A program made the position numbers and the translations under genes. A DNA stretch of 63,934 nt, filler included, from Aduncisulcus paluster (taxonomy: Eukaryota), in NCBI GenBank assembly GCA_024181965.1. It is 12 parts of 12 records of this genome, joined end to end, with 100 filler letters (N's around TTAATTAATTAA, not from the genome) between each part and the next. Parts side by side here need not be neighbours in the genome. Positions count along the whole stretch, not along the records: positions 61,735 to 63,934 come from BQXS01011560.1; 11 more parts are not named here. One strand, 5' to 3'. Shown piece by piece: positions 61,735 through 63,934 of this stretch. Below the pieces are notes generated by a model. It ran no database searches. It was not told the DNA's origin and worked only from the letters and a program-made list of their open reading frames with translations. Each line of letters opens with the position of its first letter. Position 1 is the stretch's first letter.

Positions 61735-63934
61735 GTTGCTTTACTTCCATTTCTAATTCTTCTCTGGGTGCTGGATATCCTTTTTGTATATCCATTCACT
61801 TGCATTTGGACATTCATTAAACAAAGGAGGATACAACGAGCATTAGAAATTCGAAGAACACAAATCACTGAAAGAATATCGAAAGCGGCTGTTGATAGGA
61901 AATATTATTCTTCCTCCTATGAAACTGTTCGTAGTGTTAAAAATGAAACTACGATCATCACTTCTATATATCATTCTCTTCAGGAGAATAAGCCACATCG
62001 TTCTTGGTTCACTGGTTCTTTGCAGCTTCTCATGACGGTAATGGTTGATAAGTTCGTGGATAAGTACTCAAAGTTTCGTCCTGCCATGTGGGCCGATACA
62101 ATAACATATTATCTTCTTAAACTAGATGAAGATGGCGGAAAAGAACGAAAGAGGCGAGAAAAGAGACGTCAAGAGAAGAGAAAACAACGACTTGCCATCT
62201 TTCGATACAAAGAGTATCATCGAAATAAGAAATATAGGGAACCCGCGGACGAAGTTTCTTTTTCTGGTTCTGATATTAATGATTCTGATGTTTTCCTTTC
62301 CTCCTCAGATGAAAATCTTTCCGATCCTCTAATTTGTGATGATCATACTTTATGTACAAATTTGGATCCAAGTTGGAAAGCCATTTCTGATGCCTATGTA
62401 AAGAAGAGGAAAATGCTCATTGCTCGTGAAATTAAGAAAATTAAGAGATCTTCAAAGTGTAATTCCTGTTGTGGCAAATCAGTCGATGTATCTGAGCCTG
62501 AATCTGAAAGTTCATCCTCTTATTCAGGACACCATCGAAAATCGGATTCTCTGGATTCCTTAGATTCCCTACCATTCCATCATGTTTCGGATTATGGTGC
62601 TCATACGATGGTGAAATCTTTGTCATACGAACTCTCAGATCCACATGCAAGTAGTGTTCATCCATCAAGTTTTGCATTACGTCGTGAGATATCATATACT
62701 TCTGAGCTTCATCTTCCAAAGAGCCTCGCCGTTCCTGATTATATCCAAGATTCTGAAGGAGCATCTTCGCTTGTTCGGACGAAAAAAGAAAAGGCTGCTT
62801 CAAAACAATCTTCAATTCGCTCTGCAATGAAGAAGGAAATGAATAAGAGAATGGACAAACATTTCTTTGGACATTCATCGTCGCCTAAACATGAGTCTAC
62901 TCTTCCCGTTGATCATGAGTCACATAGCAACCGTGAAGATGTCCATGCAGAATCTTTTGAACATTCACGATTGTCAACCTTATCATCGATATCTGCTGAT
63001 CGTCCTGAAGAATCGATTATAAGTGATCCATCGAAAGGGAACTCCAATTTTATCATTTTATTTTTTTCTTCTATTTTTAAATGGATTGTGACCGTGTATT
63101 ATTCCTTCTTCCCAAGAGCTATTGATGATTCCTCACAATTTCCAGGAACAAGATCAGTACAACATACCCCTCAATTATCTTGGTTGCTGCCTTTCAGGAA
63201 ACCACACCACTATCGGATTGCTACTTTGCGCATTGCCCGCGTTTTATTTGCTGAGAGTTGTGAAAGGATGAGGAAAGAAGTTCAACTCGATGAGCAAATG
63301 AGAAAGTTACGAATGAAGAAGGATGCTAAATTGAGGGAAGAAAGAAAGCGTGATGAGAAACGAAAAAGAATCAAGAAAAAAACAAGAGCGAAAAACGATG
63401 GATTTCGAAGTCCTAATTTTCATCCATATTATACAGAAGATGGAATAAGTGAACATACAAGTACATATGCATCAAAATTTTCCGGATTTTCAAACGAAGA
63501 ATCATATTCTGATGAAAGTTCAAGTTCCGAGAAACTGAAAGAAATGTTTATGCTCTCTAATACCGAGATGAGGGATGAAATGATGAATATGATCCGTGAT
63601 ATGGACGGTAAACACCCCATCTCTCACTTGTCCTTGCGGGCTCATCGTCAGAATAAGAGATTTGTGGATGGAGTTCTACAGCCAGATGGCTATCTCCATG
63701 ATAATACCCTTGTTGTTGGTCCCCTTCATGATCATCCAATGGTTCAAGTTATGGCCAGAGAACTTGGAATTCTAACAACGGTCAAACAATCCAACTATGT
63801 CGCTAGAGGAAAGTATACCCGAATGAAGAAAGAAGGGAATTATGACACAACTTCCATGTATAACTCTTTCCCACCGCACACTCGTACAGCTCCTATTCTC
63901 ACTCAACCCCATGCGTTCTCCTGTGTTTCTGCTG
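61735..63934 (+). CDS. Large hypothetical membrane protein, partial at both ends (missing from ORF track)
   Basis: Manual translation from 61735 (VALLPFLILLWVLDILFVYPFTCIWTF...) is open for ~733 codons to the window end; two hydrophobic segments and charged coils. Confidence 0.8.

Noticed and set aside
1-63934. CRISPR arrays or prokaryotic defence operons
   Set aside because: No repeat-spacer arrays or cas-like genes seen; content is eukaryotic.

Overview
Eukaryotic, gene-dense, intron-poor protist DNA, not prokaryotic. The window is 12 unrelated contigs joined by 100-nt N44-TTAATTAATTAA-N44 linkers, with five internal 20-N gaps, four of which have duplicated flanks. Gene content and style suggest a free-living fornicate/metamonad such as Aduncisulcus (inference, not verified). 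Host genes: RME-8/DNAJC13-like, HAT-repeat protein, CCDC47, DYRK1-like fragment, internalin-like LRR protein, RPL3, DNA polymerase epsilon catalytic subunit (split by one frameshift), EF-1alpha, U2AF35-like, PABP-like, Vps52/Sec3-like, a MIB/HERC2-type SH3 protein, BPI/LBP-like protein, tRNA-Cys(GCA) and several members of an atypical kinase family. Mobile DNA: several Ty3/Gypsy pieces (two with chromodomains), an intron-containing CMC/EnSpm-like transposase, a Tc1/IS630 fragment and a probable non-LTR endonuclease tail. Best leads: (1) a chromovirus 3' end with a 126-bp LTR lying 22 bp downstream of the tRNA gene, suggesting tRNA-gene-targeted integration; (2) cytoplasmic kinases carrying tandem copies of an unrecognised ~170-aa domain with a conserved framework and variable aromatic-rich patches. 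All family calls come from motif recognition by eye; no searches were run.
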